From NCBI GenBank assembly GCA_050246315.1, contig JBFWWG010000001.1:224001-288000 (forward strand): a DNA stretch of 64,000 bases. The letters are read 5' to 3'. Each line of letters starts with the position of its first letter. The first letter of the stretch is position 1. Below the pieces are notes generated by a model. That model searched no databases and was not told the origin of the DNA. It worked only from the letters and a program-made list of their open reading frames with translations. The stretch comes from Nitrospiraceae bacterium. Lineage in GTDB: Bacteria > Nitrospirota > Nitrospiria > Nitrospirales > Nitrospiraceae. The position numbers and the translations under genes were made by a program. Positions 1 to 9,712 of this stretch are shown one piece after another.

Positions 1-99
1 GGGGTCCATCTTTTTTTCCGCCATCTTGTCCTTGGCCAGAGTTGGAGAGGTCACGACCAGCAGACACAGATAGATAAGTATGGTGAAAAGGAACCGCAT
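1..99 (-). CDS. N-terminus of an exported protein (possibly DUF1579-like), truncated by window edge
   Basis: AAGGAGG RBS then ATG; reads MRFLFTILIYLCLLVVTSPTLAKDKMAEKKMDP (signal-peptide-like); not in ORF track. Confidence 0.55.
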   Translation of the reverse strand, partial: MRFLFTILIYLCLLVVTSPTLAKDKMAEKKMDP

Positions 100-267
100 G
101 GACACCTCCTTGTGTTTGAGTGAGGCACACACTGTCGTTGAAACGATGCCCTCGAGCCATCGCCGTGCCGGCGGGCTACCCGCAGACCTTCTGCGCCGCT
201 TGCCGTTCTTCCGGCTTTGCATCGCGAAGGTGCGCAACGACCGCCCGGACCCTCTCGCGGTCTATTC

Positions 268-705
268 CTATTTCGTTTTCTGAATCTGCTCAGCTTGAGC
301 CCGAATCCGCTCTTCCTGTTCCCTGAGTTCCGGCGTGAACTCGGCGCCGAAATCTTCCGCCTCGAACACCTGGCGAATCTCGATCACGGACTCCTCGCCG
401 GGCATCGGATTCGGGCAGCGCTTGACCCATTCGATCGCCTCTTCCTTCGACTTGCACTGCCACAGCCAGTAGCCGGCAATCAGTTCTTTCGTTTCGCCAA
501 ATGGTCCATCGATCACCGTCCTCTTGCTCCCGGAGAACCTCACGCGTGCACCTCTCGAACTCGGCTGAAGCCCTTCGCCTGCCAGCATCACACCGGCCTT
601 CACCAGTTCTTCATTATAGGTGCCCATATCGGCCAGAAGCTGCGTGCTCGGCATCACACCGGCTTCAGAATCCTTGGTCGCCTTGACCATGATCATGAAT
701 CGCAT
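268..705 (-). CDS. YciI/DGPF-family protein
   Basis: DGPFGETKELIAGYW motif, GEGLQPS, EIRQVFE. Confidence 0.9.
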   Translation of the reverse strand: MRFMIMVKATKDSEAGVMPSTQLLADMGTYNEELVKAGVMLAGEGLQPSSRGARVRFSGSKRTVIDGPFGETKELIAGYWLWQCKSKEEAIEWVKRCPNPMPGEESVIEIRQVFEAEDFGAEFTPELREQEERIRAQAEQIQKTK

Positions 706-781
706 GGCGATCTCCTTCTTGCGCTATGATTTCAATGATTTCGTGGACGTTCCCTCGAGACCATCCCGCCTCTGGTTATTG

Positions 782-808
782 GTCGAACGCACCCCGCTGA
801 AATCGACA
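782..808 (-). promoter_or_regulatory. ECF42-type promoter
   Basis: TGTCGA-N17-CGAC on the minus strand upstream of the YciI gene at 705. Confidence 0.7.
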
Positions 809-918
809 TGGCAAATTCGTCGTCGTGAGGCCTCGCTCACATCTTGCCACCTATGAACGCCTCATCACTGGTCTCGTTGCCTCCAATAATGCCGGCTGAC
901 CGATGACCGCTTCAGGCT

Positions 919-1290
919 TCACGTCCCTTCGCCCGGCAACCCCGCGACCTCTCTCACTTGCCGGACTTCGACCGTTCCGATACGCGCACCCGGAATTCGA
1001 CCGGCGATGTCGATGGCCTCATCACGATCCTTGGCGTCAATCAGAAAATAGCCGGCAATCTGCTCGTGCGTCTCCGCGAACGGACCATCGGTGGTGAACC
1101 GTTTGCCCTCTCGAACCTGAACCCTGGCTCCTGTCGTCGTCGGATGCAGCGGCGAGGCATGCACATATTGCCGCTTGCCGTCGAGCTGGTGGCAGAGCCG
1201 AATGGATTCCGCCAGCATGCCCTGCCGCGTCTGCTCAGGAATCTTACTGAACGCTTCTTCGTCGTGATGAACCACCAACAGGTATTTCAT
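919..1290 (-). CDS. YciI/DGPF-family protein
   Basis: MKYLLVV start after GGAGG; DGPFAETHEQIAGYF; VEVR. Confidence 0.9.
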   Translation of the reverse strand: MKYLLVVHHDEEAFSKIPEQTRQGMLAESIRLCHQLDGKRQYVHASPLHPTTTGARVQVREGKRFTTDGPFAETHEQIAGYFLIDAKDRDEAIDIAGRIPGARIGTVEVRQVREVAGLPGEGT

Positions 1291-1343
1291 GAGACCGCCT
1301 CCAGTGAAATCCGATGGTCGCTCCACCCATCGGATGATTCGGA

Positions 1344-1637
1344 CTACGGCTGTTCGTCTTCGGATGTGATCCAGCGATCTCTGGGGCGTGCCAGGAGCGG
1401 AGTGAGCTGACGGATCGTCTCGGAGTCCTTGTATCGTTCTCGAACGGCGTCGGCATCCGCACGGCTCCGCCATTTGGCGAGGGCCATGATGTGTCCCGGA
1501 GCATCCAGATCGATGAAGATCTGATGCGAGACATAGCCATCGAAGCTCCGCATATCAGACCATACCTGGCGCGTGAGGCGGAGTCCCGCCTCTTCTGTGC
1601 CGGGCATTAACCACGTGTCCCAAATGACGGTGATCAT
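1344..1637 (-). CDS. Antibiotic biosynthesis monooxygenase (ABM)-like protein
   Basis: 97 aa, pattern GYVSHQIF..D......AKWRS; GGAGG RBS. Confidence 0.7.
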   Translation of the reverse strand: MITVIWDTWLMPGTEEAGLRLTRQVWSDMRSFDGYVSHQIFIDLDAPGHIMALAKWRSRADADAVRERYKDSETIRQLTPLLARPRDRWITSEDEQP

Positions 1638-1689
1638 CGGCTGCCTCCTGGATGACTGTGTATGCCTGTCAACTCAACGCGATGACGTC

Positions 1690-1741
1690 GCCCATCGCTC
1701 AGCATAAGCCGGGCCGCGCGGGCTTGACGCCGTCGTTGGGG
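1690..1741 (-). other. Degenerate attC-like site
   Basis: CCCCAAC-N5-CGTCAAGCC...GGCTTATGC-TGAGC-GATGGGC; resembles attC R''/L''/L'/R' with GTT mutated to GAT. Confidence 0.4.
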
Positions 1742-1855
1742 AACCCGCCTTACTCGCCCTCGTCCCCCTCGCATTCGCCGGCCAAGCCGGAGCCGCACGG
1801 TTTTCGATTTCCTCCGGTCAACGCTTCGGTTCGGCGTACGGAAGCCTTGCGACCA

Positions 1856-2296
1856 TCACCGCTCATCGGATCGCATGAGCACCGACTTGATGTCGATCAC
1901 CGGCGTCCCGTCGATGGCTTCCATCGGGGTCACCCGTAACCGCAACCCGTCGATCTCCAAGAGCGACACTCGATGGAGTCCGACAGGGTTGGGACGATCC
2001 GGCGATCGTGTCGCAAATACGCCGGTCAACGGCGCCTCCGTCTCACCGCGTGGATGCACCTGAAGCACATCACGGTGCGCGCGGTGGAGCCACGTCAGCA
2101 CGATTACCTCGTCCCCGACGTTGACCCCGACCAAACCCGCAGCGACCTGAGGCGTGAGTTCCAGCCAGGCTTCCGGAGCGCCCTCGTAGCCCTGGCGCGG
2201 CGCCCCCTTGCGATCGATCAGCGGGGAACGCACGATGCCGATCGGTTCGATCGCATAATCGATTTTCTTCCTGTTCGCTCCTTCCATGAGAGCCAT
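1856..2296 (-). CDS. tsaA: tRNA m6t6A37 methyltransferase TrmO/TsaA family
   Basis: PIG.VRS, GVFATRSPDRPNPVGL, DGTPVIDIK. Confidence 0.85.
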   Translation of the reverse strand: MALMEGANRKKIDYAIEPIGIVRSPLIDRKGAPRQGYEGAPEAWLELTPQVAAGLVGVNVGDEVIVLTWLHRAHRDVLQVHPRGETEAPLTGVFATRSPDRPNPVGLHRVSLLEIDGLRLRVTPMEAIDGTPVIDIKSVLMRSDER

Positions 2297-2340
2297 CCTT
2301 GTTTGCCCTCTTTCCCAACGCCTTCCGGGCGACATCCTGT

Positions 2341-2697
2341 TCAGCACTCCGTCTCCGCAACGGGCCGCACCTCGATGGTACCCCCGGCGGGGAGGGTGGG
2401 GATGCGCGCCGCGATGGAGATCGCCTCATCTAAATTTCCGCATTCAATCACGTGGTAGCCACCGAGTTGCTCTTTTGTTTCCGCAAACGGTCCATCCGTC
2501 ACCACCGGCTTGCCGTTCTGCATGCGCACGGTGGTGGCCGACGAGATGCGGTGGAGCCGTCCTCCGCCGCGAAGACATCCCTTCGAGGCAAGGCTTTGTA
2601 TCAACCCTCCATACTCCCGCATGATCGTCTCTCTCTGCGCGTCAGGCAGCTTGTCCCAAGCCTCTTCGTCGAAACAGCACATCAGCATGTATTGCAT
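2341..2697 (-). CDS. YciI/DGPF-family protein
   Basis: DGPFAETKEQLGGY. Confidence 0.9.
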   Translation of the reverse strand: MQYMLMCCFDEEAWDKLPDAQRETIMREYGGLIQSLASKGCLRGGGRLHRISSATTVRMQNGKPVVTDGPFAETKEQLGGYHVIECGNLDEAISIAARIPTLPAGGTIEVRPVAETEC

Positions 2698-2734
2698 GAC
2701 GCGACTCCTCCCTCGTGAGCGGCCTAGCCGCCGG

Positions 2735-3091
2735 TCAGGCGCAGCCCTGTTCCTTCATCGGGCGGACTTCTACGCTCCCGATGCGGGCGGCCGGAAAATG
2801 GGTGGCGATGCGAATGGCATCGTTCAGGTCCGGCACATCGATCATCAGAAACCCGCCCAACTGTTCCTTGGTTTCGGCAAAGGGGCCGTCGGTGGTCGAA
2901 ACCTTGCCCTCGCGCACGCGCACGGTCGTGGCTGTCTCCACCGGATGAAGGGGAGAAGCCGCCAACAGTTGGCCGGCTTTCTGTACTTTGTCGCAATAGG
3001 CCATCGATTCCTCCGAAAGCATGTGACGCTCATCCTTCGGGATCGCGTTCAGGATGCGCTCTTCGACATAGATGAGGCAGAGATATTTCAT
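2735..3091 (-). CDS. YciI/DGPF-family protein
   Basis: MKYLCLIY start after GGAGG; DGPFAETKEQLGGF. Confidence 0.9.
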   Translation of the reverse strand: MKYLCLIYVEERILNAIPKDERHMLSEESMAYCDKVQKAGQLLAASPLHPVETATTVRVREGKVSTTDGPFAETKEQLGGFLMIDVPDLNDAIRIATHFPAARIGSVEVRPMKEQGCA

Positions 3092-3332
3092 GGCGTCCTC
3101 CCAGTCGAGGCGGTGGTGACCGGTGGTCTTGAGCATCCGATGTTACAGAGCCGCTTCGTTCACTTCCCACAGAGCGAACTCATTGCCTTCCGTATCCTGG
3201 GATATGACGCAGTGGCCCATGAAGCAGGTCGGTCCGTATCAAGCCGGTCGTCTTGCCCATCCCATGGTCATGAGGCATCCTGCGCCTCTCAAGGTTCACG
3301 CTTGGTCGATGGCGCGTGACGGATGGAGCTCC

Positions 3333-3629
3333 TTACCCCCCGGCCATGGCCCCGACGATCAAGAACGGCTCCTTCCCCGTCGCCACCGCATCGGGCAGGG
3401 GGATGTCCGGCGATTCGTGAGACAGATCCTGCTCGCACGCAAAGAACCGCACGAACGGGCGGCGTTTGCGCGTGACATGGTCGCGGACCGTCCCGCACAA
3501 CATGGGATAACGAGCCTCTAGAGCATCGAGGATCGCGCGCTGTGTCACCGGATTCTGGACATCCAGTGTCACCTCGCCATTCACACGAGCCAAGGTTCGC
3601 AAATGTGCCGGCAGTACCACCCTAATCAT
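3333..3629 (-). CDS. MoaD/ThiS-family ubiquitin-like protein
   Basis: 98 aa, V.LP..LR N-terminus, C-terminal AMAGG. Confidence 0.85.
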   Translation of the reverse strand: MIRVVLPAHLRTLARVNGEVTLDVQNPVTQRAILDALEARYPMLCGTVRDHVTRKRRPFVRFFACEQDLSHESPDIPLPDAVATGKEPFLIVGAMAGG

Positions 3630-3655
3630 TGAAGTTCGTGTTGTCTCTTCGTCGC

Positions 3656-3781
3656 GCGGTTGATCAAAATGGTTGTCCAGCGAGGCCGCAGGGAGCGAGC
3701 CGAGTGAGGCGTACCCTCTGGGGTACGTCGCAGCGACGGCCGCGACTGAGAACGAAGCTGGCGGCCATTTTCAGCAACCGC
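3656..3781. mobile_element. MITE-like element (family B)
   Basis: Imperfect TIRs GCGGTTGATCAAAATGG / CCATTTTCAGCAACCGC; abuts the TAG stop of the BNR gene. Confidence 0.65.
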
Positions 3782-4962
3782 TACAGTGTCTGGGCCTCGA
3801 CCGACAGCACCGCCGGCAAATCCCTGACAATCGGCTCCCAACTGTCTCCGCCGTTGGCTGACCCATACACCTGTCCACCGGTCGTGCCGAAATACAGGCC
3901 GCAAGGATCCAGCTCATCGACGGCCATCGCATCGCGCAGGATGTTCACGTAACAATTCTGTTGCGGCAGCCCCTTCGTCAGCGGTTCCCACTCGTTCCCA
4001 CCGGTCCGGCTGCGGTACACCCGCAATCTCCCCTCGGGCGGATAATGTTCCGAGTCGCTCTTGATCGGGACGACATACACCGTCTCCGGCTCATAGGCAT
4101 GCACGGCGATGGGGAATCCAAAATCACTCGGGAGGTTCCCGCTGATTTCGTGCCACGACTCGCCGGCGTCGTCGCTCCGGAGTACATCCCAATGTTTCTG
4201 CATGAACAGCACGTTCGGACGGGACGGGTGCATCGCGATGTTATGCACGCAGTGGCCGACTTCCGCATCCGGGTCGGGCAGCTCGTACTGGGATTTCAGA
4301 CCACGATTCGACGGCCGCCATGTCCTGCCGGCATCGTCGCTTCGGAACGTACCGGCGGCCGAGATCGCCACGAACATCCGATCCGGATGACCGGAGTTCA
4401 ACAGGATCGTATGGAGGCACATGCCGCCGGCGCCTGGCTGCCAGAGTTGTCCCTTCGCGCTGCGCAGTCCCGCCAGTTCCATCCACGTTTGTCCCCCGTC
4501 CGTCGATTTGAAGATCGCCGCGTCCTCCACGCCGGCATAGACCGTGTCCGGATCGGTCAAGGACGGTTCGAGGTGCCACACTCGCTTGAACTCCCAGGGA
4601 CGCTGCGTGCCGTCATAATGCTGGTGCGTCGTGAGCGGTTGGCCCGTTTCAGCGGACGCATCGTAGACGAACATGTTGCTCTCACCCTTCGGCATGCCGT
4701 CCTGCCCCGTCAAGTCTTCGGGTTTGGTTCCCGGCGGGTTCCAGGTCTTGCCGCCGTCATCCGAACGCTGAATGACCTGGCCGAACCAACTGCTGCTTTG
4801 CGAGGCATAGAGCCGATTCGGATCGGCGGGCGAGCCCTTGAGATGGTACAGTTCCCAGCCTCCAAACAACGGGCCGGCGACATCCCAACGTTTGCGCGCA
4901 CCGTCCGAGGTCAAAATGAACGCCCCTTTGCGTGTCCCAACGAGCAGCCGTATCCGGCTCAT
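3781..4962 (-). CDS. BNR/Asp-box repeat beta-propeller protein (sialidase-like fold)
   Basis: Multiple S-x-D-x-G-x-T/S-W Asp boxes ([36 protein letters not shown]). Confidence 0.85.
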   Translation of the reverse strand: MSRIRLLVGTRKGAFILTSDGARKRWDVAGPLFGGWELYHLKGSPADPNRLYASQSSSWFGQVIQRSDDGGKTWNPPGTKPEDLTGQDGMPKGESNMFVYDASAETGQPLTTHQHYDGTQRPWEFKRVWHLEPSLTDPDTVYAGVEDAAIFKSTDGGQTWMELAGLRSAKGQLWQPGAGGMCLHTILLNSGHPDRMFVAISAAGTFRSDDAGRTWRPSNRGLKSQYELPDPDAEVGHCVHNIAMHPSRPNVLFMQKHWDVLRSDDAGESWHEISGNLPSDFGFPIAVHAYEPETVYVVPIKSDSEHYPPEGRLRVYRSRTGGNEWEPLTKGLPQQNCYVNILRDAMAVDELDPCGLYFGTTGGQVYGSANGGDSWEPIVRDLPAVLSVEAQTL

Positions 4963-5048
4963 GGTTGACTCCTTATCTTATTGAAGGTTTGTGCACGTCT
5001 TCCCCAGCGGGTGCCTGTCTCCCATCGTTCACGGCCGCTCGGGCCATT

Positions 5049-5534
5049 TCACGATGATTCATAAGCCTGTTTCAACCGGGCAATGTCGATCTTGCCCATG
5101 TTCAGCACGGCCTCCATGACTCGCTCCGATTTGCCGGCATCCCCATCGTTCAGCATCTCGTCGATGTCAGGGGTCACAATCTGCCACGACAAGCCATACC
5201 TATCCTTCAGCCATCCGCATGGTCCTGCTTCTCCGCCTGCGGAGAGCTTCTCCCACATGTCGTCAATTTCTTTCTGCGTCTTGCACTTCACCATCAACGA
5301 GATCGCCTCGGTAAATTTGAAGAGCGGCCCGCCGTTTAACGCGACGAACTCCTGCCCCTCGATTTCGAAGGTCACGGTCATAACCGAGCCCTTCGGTCTT
5401 CCGGAGGCCTGCGCGCCGGCCTCTCCATAACGGGTGACGGATGTCACCTTGGAATTCTTGAAGATCGACACATAAAATTTCGCCGCCTCTTCGGCTTGGT
5501 CGTCGAACCACAAACAGGGGGTAATGTGTTGCAT
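5049..5534 (-). CDS. VOC-family protein (PhnB / 3-demethylubiquinone methyltransferase-like)
   Basis: ITPCLWFD.QAEEA, LNGGP.F, CGWLKDRYGLSWQI. Confidence 0.9.
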   Translation of the reverse strand: MQHITPCLWFDDQAEEAAKFYVSIFKNSKVTSVTRYGEAGAQASGRPKGSVMTVTFEIEGQEFVALNGGPLFKFTEAISLMVKCKTQKEIDDMWEKLSAGGEAGPCGWLKDRYGLSWQIVTPDIDEMLNDGDAGKSERVMEAVLNMGKIDIARLKQAYESS

Positions 5535-5671
5535 GTCGCATGACTCCTTTGCATCAAATCGATTTGTCACTCGTCGAGTGTCACGGCTTCGGAGAGTTCA
5601 GCCGAAACATGTCGTTCGTCTCGCATGACAATGCGATCAACTCAGCGCTCAGGACTCGGCACTGCTCAGGG

Positions 5672-5916
5672 TTAAGGCAGGCCCGGGATGTCGATCACGG
5701 GTCGAACTTCGACGGTTCCTTTACGCGCCATGGGGATTTTCGCCGCACACCCGAACGCTGGTGCGCCATCGCCGTCGGGTGGAGTGGATTGGCGCCCCGA
5801 TACTGCCCGTTCGAATGAAGATCCTGCGCGAGTTGCAAGGATTCCGCGTAACAGTCTTGCCGCTCGGTTTCGCTCAACCCCTGCTCGTCGCCGTAAATCA
5901 ACAACAGATATTTCAT
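5672..5916 (-). pseudogene. YciI/DGPF pseudogene (frameshift plus internal deletion)
   Basis: MKYLLLIY...PLHPTAMA, then TSVRV out of frame, then AAKIPMARKGTVEVRP; the DGPFAETKE core is missing. Confidence 0.8.
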
Positions 5917-6386
5917 GCGAAGACCTCCAACAGAGTGTGCAGGATGTGCCACGCGCGTGGTCCGTTCGACGTGCGGCTAGGGTGACCTGGCGCCCCATGG
6001 TGCGTCGTCTCTTGGTCTGGATGCAACTGTTGGCGTTCGGAAATCTCCAACACCGGCCGCACCTCAACCGTGCCAAGCCGAGCCGACGGCAGCTTCGAGG
6101 CCATCTGAATCGCCTCATTCAGATCACGCGCGATGATCAAATAAAACCCGCCTAGCTGCTCCTTGGAATCGGCGAACGGCCCGCCGTTAGTGGCGGCGAT
6201 CCCATTTCGGACCCGCACGGTCGCGGCCATATCCGCCGGCTGCAGGATCTCGCCGCAACAGTAGTGGCCGCCTTGTTGTATCGCCTCTGTGGCGGCGAGA
6301 TGCTCTGCCCTGATCGCTTCGGCTTCGGCCCCGGGCACGGTGCGCAGTTTCGCTTCTTCCTCGTACCTCAGGCTCAGGTACCTCAT
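5913..6386 (-). CDS. YciI/DGPF-family protein (divergent, C-terminal extension)
   Basis: GGPFADSKEQLGGFY, GTVEVRP. Confidence 0.8.
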   Translation of the reverse strand: MRYLSLRYEEEAKLRTVPGAEAEAIRAEHLAATEAIQQGGHYCCGEILQPADMAATVRVRNGIAATNGGPFADSKEQLGGFYLIIARDLNEAIQMASKLPSARLGTVEVRPVLEISERQQLHPDQETTHHGAPGHPSRTSNGPRAWHILHTLLEVFA

Positions 6387-6439
6387 GGTTCCGACTCCTT
6401 GTCCCCGACTTCAGCCGGACCGGCCGCCTGCATGAACTA

Positions 6440-6465
6440 GTCGTTCGCATTGGCTCAGATCGACA
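6440..6465 (-). promoter_or_regulatory. ECF42-type promoter heading the DGPF operon
   Basis: TGTCGA-N16-CGAC upstream of 6386. Confidence 0.7.
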
Positions 6466-6855
6466 GGTCATGTCGCACCGACAGGAGAGAAATGTGACCG
6501 GGCTGAACCATTGGCCGAATGTAGAGGAGGGGTCGAAGAAGTCCACTATATAATGTGGCGTCTCGCCAGAATGAGCTGAATCGTAGCATCGGCTTTCAAG
6601 CGCTTATGCCGGCCCCACCTGCCGGCTCTTTGTTTCGGCTCATAGCGGGCCTCTGCCTGTCTTCCAACGCCGTCCTCGATCCCTTTCTCGTCGGCGGCTG
6701 CTGACGGTCGGGGTGCCTCAGCGCGTTCCCGACACCGCGTCACCGGCAATCACGGATTCCCTTGCCGAATTCGTCATTTCCACTATGCTGGGGAACTTGG
6801 AGATGCTGCGCGACCCTTATCTCTTCCCCAACAATGACCCTTGAGGCCATACCCG

Positions 6856-7479
6856 ATGAGCATTCTCCTCGTTGACGACTCTGCGGATGCGCGGCTGCTC
6901 ATCCAAAGCATGCTCAGAGAAGCCGGATATCGGGACGTCCTGACGGTGCGCTCCGCTGCAGACGCATTCGTCAAACTCGGCCTGACTTCGTCAGACGCGG
7001 CGGCTCCTGCAATCGATCTGATCCTCATGGATATCGCCATGCCGGAAATGGACGGCATCGAAGCCTGCCGTCGGATCAAAGGCAATGCGCGACTCCAGGA
7101 CATGCCGATCTTAATGGTCACGGTGAGAGATAGGACGAGCTTCCTCCCGAAGGCCTTTGAGACGGGAGCGACCGACTACATCTGCAAGCCGGTTGACCGC
7201 GTCGAGTTGGTGGCGAGGGTCAGACTCGCACTACGGCTGAAAGCAGAGATCGACGCGCGGAAGGCATGGGAACGGGATCTCATCAAGACGGTCGAAGAGA
7301 TGAACCGGACCATCGAGACATTCACTGCGCTTACCAAACTCCTTCACCTCTGTCCCACTTGCAAGATTCTCCATAGTGGCCCCGCCTCCCCCCCGGACCT
7401 GGAGGACTTTCTCCGCGCCAATCCAGACCTGTCCTTCAGCCATGCCCTCTGTGCCGCCTGCGGTCCCACATCTCGGTAG
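6856..7479 (+). CDS. Response regulator receiver with coiled coil and C-terminal Cys-rich tail
   Basis: ILLVDD, DLILMD..MP.MDG, DYICKP; C-terminal CPTC...SHALCAAC. Confidence 0.85.
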   Translation: MSILLVDDSADARLLIQSMLREAGYRDVLTVRSAADAFVKLGLTSSDAAAPAIDLILMDIAMPEMDGIEACRRIKGNARLQDMPILMVTVRDRTSFLPKAFETGATDYICKPVDRVELVARVRLALRLKAEIDARKAWERDLIKTVEEMNRTIETFTALTKLLHLCPTCKILHSGPASPPDLEDFLRANPDLSFSHALCAACGPTSR

Positions 7480-7566
7480 TGTCGTGTCCCTGATAGTCCC
7501 GTGATAATCCGTTCTTCCTAAACCAGTGGCGGGACTCGCCACGAACGAGCTTCTGGGACATCACCC
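7477..7566. mobile_element. Degenerate MITE-like element
   Basis: TAGTGTCGTGTCCC...GGGACATCAC imperfect IR starting at the TAG stop. Confidence 0.35.
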
Positions 7567-7644
7567 CCGTGATCATTGAGCCATCGCGATCCCGATGACA
7601 ACCAGGTATGATGCGAGGAGGGAGCGGCAAGAGGAGAGCATGCG

Positions 7645-7797
7645 ATGAGCTTCGGAAAGACCATCCCGATTCTGCGCATCTTCGACGAAGCCAAAGCGAA
7701 GGAGTTCTACCTCGACTTTCTCGGATTCACCATCGATCGGCAGCACCGCTTTGAGTCCAGCCTTCCGCTGCACATGCAGCTCTCGAAAGACGGATAA
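7645..7797 (+). pseudogene. 5' fragment duplicate of the glyoxalase gene at 9713
   Basis: About 150 bp near-identical to 9713-9861, then a stop. Confidence 0.85.
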
Positions 7798-7863
7798 TCG
7801 TCTTTGTTGTACAGACATCGCCTGACACCGCGTGATGAGAACCGATGCTCCAAGGGGGACCAC

Positions 7864-8064
7864 ATGAGCAAGATCGACGATCTCAAAGCCGAAATCGAGC
7901 GCCTTCCCAGTGAGGACTTCGCTGAACTCTTCCGGTGGCTTTCGGAGAAGGACTGGGAGAAGTGGGACAGGCAGATCGAGATGGATGCTCACGCCGGTAG
8001 GCTCGATTTTTTGATCCATGAAGCACGCCGGGAGAAGTCCAAGGGGGATCTCAAGGATCTCTGA
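7864..8064 (+). CDS. Putative type II antitoxin
   Basis: 66 aa acidic MSKIDDLKAEIERLP...WDRQIE.D..AGRLD; stop overlaps toxin start. Confidence 0.7.
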   Translation: MSKIDDLKAEIERLPSEDFAELFRWLSEKDWEKWDRQIEMDAHAGRLDFLIHEARREKSKGDLKDL

Positions 8065-8316
8065 TGCATCGCACGACTGCGCGTTTCTGGGCTTCCTTCG
8101 CTCGCATCCCTGAGCCGGTCCAAAAGGTGGCGAGAGAGAACTTTGAACTCCTCAAGACGAATCCACACATTGCACTTCAAGAGGATCGGCTAGTTCTGGT
8201 CTGCCAGAGTTGGACTCAACTATCGCGCCCTTGCCGTTCAAGATGGTCCTGACTTCATCTGGGTCTGGATCGGTCCCCATGACGAGTATGAGCGGCTGAC
8301 CAAACGGCAGGCCTGA
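8064..8316 (+). pseudogene. RelE/ParE-like toxin pseudogene
   Basis: MHRTTARFW...KTNP, frameshift, LHFKRIG*FWSARVGLNYRALA...WIGPHDEYERL (in-frame TAG). Confidence 0.8.
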
Positions 8317-8521
8317 CCACACGTTGCAACGACCCAGGATCCGGAGCTCTCGGTGTTCATCTCCCGGTCGCTTCATTGCCTGCCCAATCCCGAGACCGCC
8401 ACTCGATAAGCAATCCAGTGGGATGGTTTGCCCTTTCCTCAAGCTTCTGAATTCCCCGGTGGCACGACGATTGACAAGTTCTCGTAAGCGAGTGATATTC
8501 CGTCCAACATACGTCGACAAG

Positions 8522-9547
8522 ATGGCCAACATCATTCGATCGATCGGTTATAGCCTAGGGAAGGTTCATAGCGGGCTGATCGGGTACCTCTGCCACCTCT
8601 ACCGAGAAGGCAATCGTGAGCCTTTGGAGTCATTCTGCGGGTCCCTTGGCGTCCGCATAACATTTAACCCTAGGCCTTGCCGAGAATGGAATAAAGTGGA
8701 CCTTGCAATCCTTGACGAGAATACCGGGGATCCTCGCATCCTGGTTGAGACAAAGGTCGACGACCATGAGGGTGGCACCTCCGACAGCACTTACCAGACC
8801 GTCCGATACGCCAGAGATTGGCCAGAGTGTGATGCTTACTGGTTCGTCACGCTCGGAATGGGGGAGTATTACCATACTCCCCGTAGTCACCGCTTCACTT
8901 GGGTCCGTATCCGCGAATTCCTCCGGGCACTTAATGCTGTCGAGTGCCCTGATAACGTTGTTATGCAGTGGAAGGAGGAAATCCAGCGAGAGGTTGATCT
9001 TCAAGAGGCCGTATTTCGTGCGGACCGAACCCACCTAAACGATTATCGAGCGGGGAGTTGGAACATCTACTTTCTCGGACACCTCGCGATGGAGCTACTC
9101 CCAGATTTGCGTGCAGAGTCAATAGATGTGGATCCAACCTGTTACACCTATGGAACCAAACCAGATACGATATTGAACTTCGGTTGGTCGCGACAGCCTA
9201 AGTATATGGAGGTGAACTATAACGGCAGGCTAAATATGAAAATCTCGCTCGATGGGTCCAAGTCTGCACGGCGCGAGGCCGTCGACCAGGCGATTCGAGA
9301 ATGCCAAAGGCTACCGTTCGATACCAGCCTCATCTCATATCATCCGAACGGCAAGATCGGCGACTCGAAGACCTTCGCCTCGTTCGATATCGGACTTGTG
9401 AATGAAGGTGACATCCTTCGCTACGCGTACTCTGCAGAAGAGACACGTCGTCGATTGCTCAACATCTTGCGAGTCTTCTATGGTGGGCAAGGCACCCTAC
9501 CTGAACCTGATCAGCCTGTTCAACCCACCTGCTCTGCTCGCGATTGA
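8522..9547 (+). CDS. PD-(D/E)XK nuclease-family protein
   Basis: VDLAI...VETKVDD.E...YQTVRY motif; lower GC than flanks. Confidence 0.6.
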   Translation: MANIIRSIGYSLGKVHSGLIGYLCHLYREGNREPLESFCGSLGVRITFNPRPCREWNKVDLAILDENTGDPRILVETKVDDHEGGTSDSTYQTVRYARDWPECDAYWFVTLGMGEYYHTPRSHRFTWVRIREFLRALNAVECPDNVVMQWKEEIQREVDLQEAVFRADRTHLNDYRAGSWNIYFLGHLAMELLPDLRAESIDVDPTCYTYGTKPDTILNFGWSRQPKYMEVNYNGRLNMKISLDGSKSARREAVDQAIRECQRLPFDTSLISYHPNGKIGDSKTFASFDIGLVNEGDILRYAYSAEETRRRLLNILRVFYGGQGTLPEPDQPVQPTCSARD

Positions 9548-9712
9548 GATGCAGCGACGTTTAACATCTCGTTCGATGCTTCAGCTCAGGGTAGCCTACT
9601 TCTAAAGCAGAATGGGAGCATTTTGAGTATCCACGGCTGGCGGCACCGTTCACACCATTACCGATCTGCCGCGCTGGATGCTCAGCATCAGATGCGGGAG
9701 GAGAAACAACCT

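Noticed and set aside
3961..4968. 335-aa plus-strand ORF
   Set aside because: Antisense to the BNR propeller gene
8190..8192. In-frame TAG near here (and near 23385) as possible recoding/pyrrolysine
   Set aside because: Both genes carry further lesions, and TAG is used as a normal stop elsewhere
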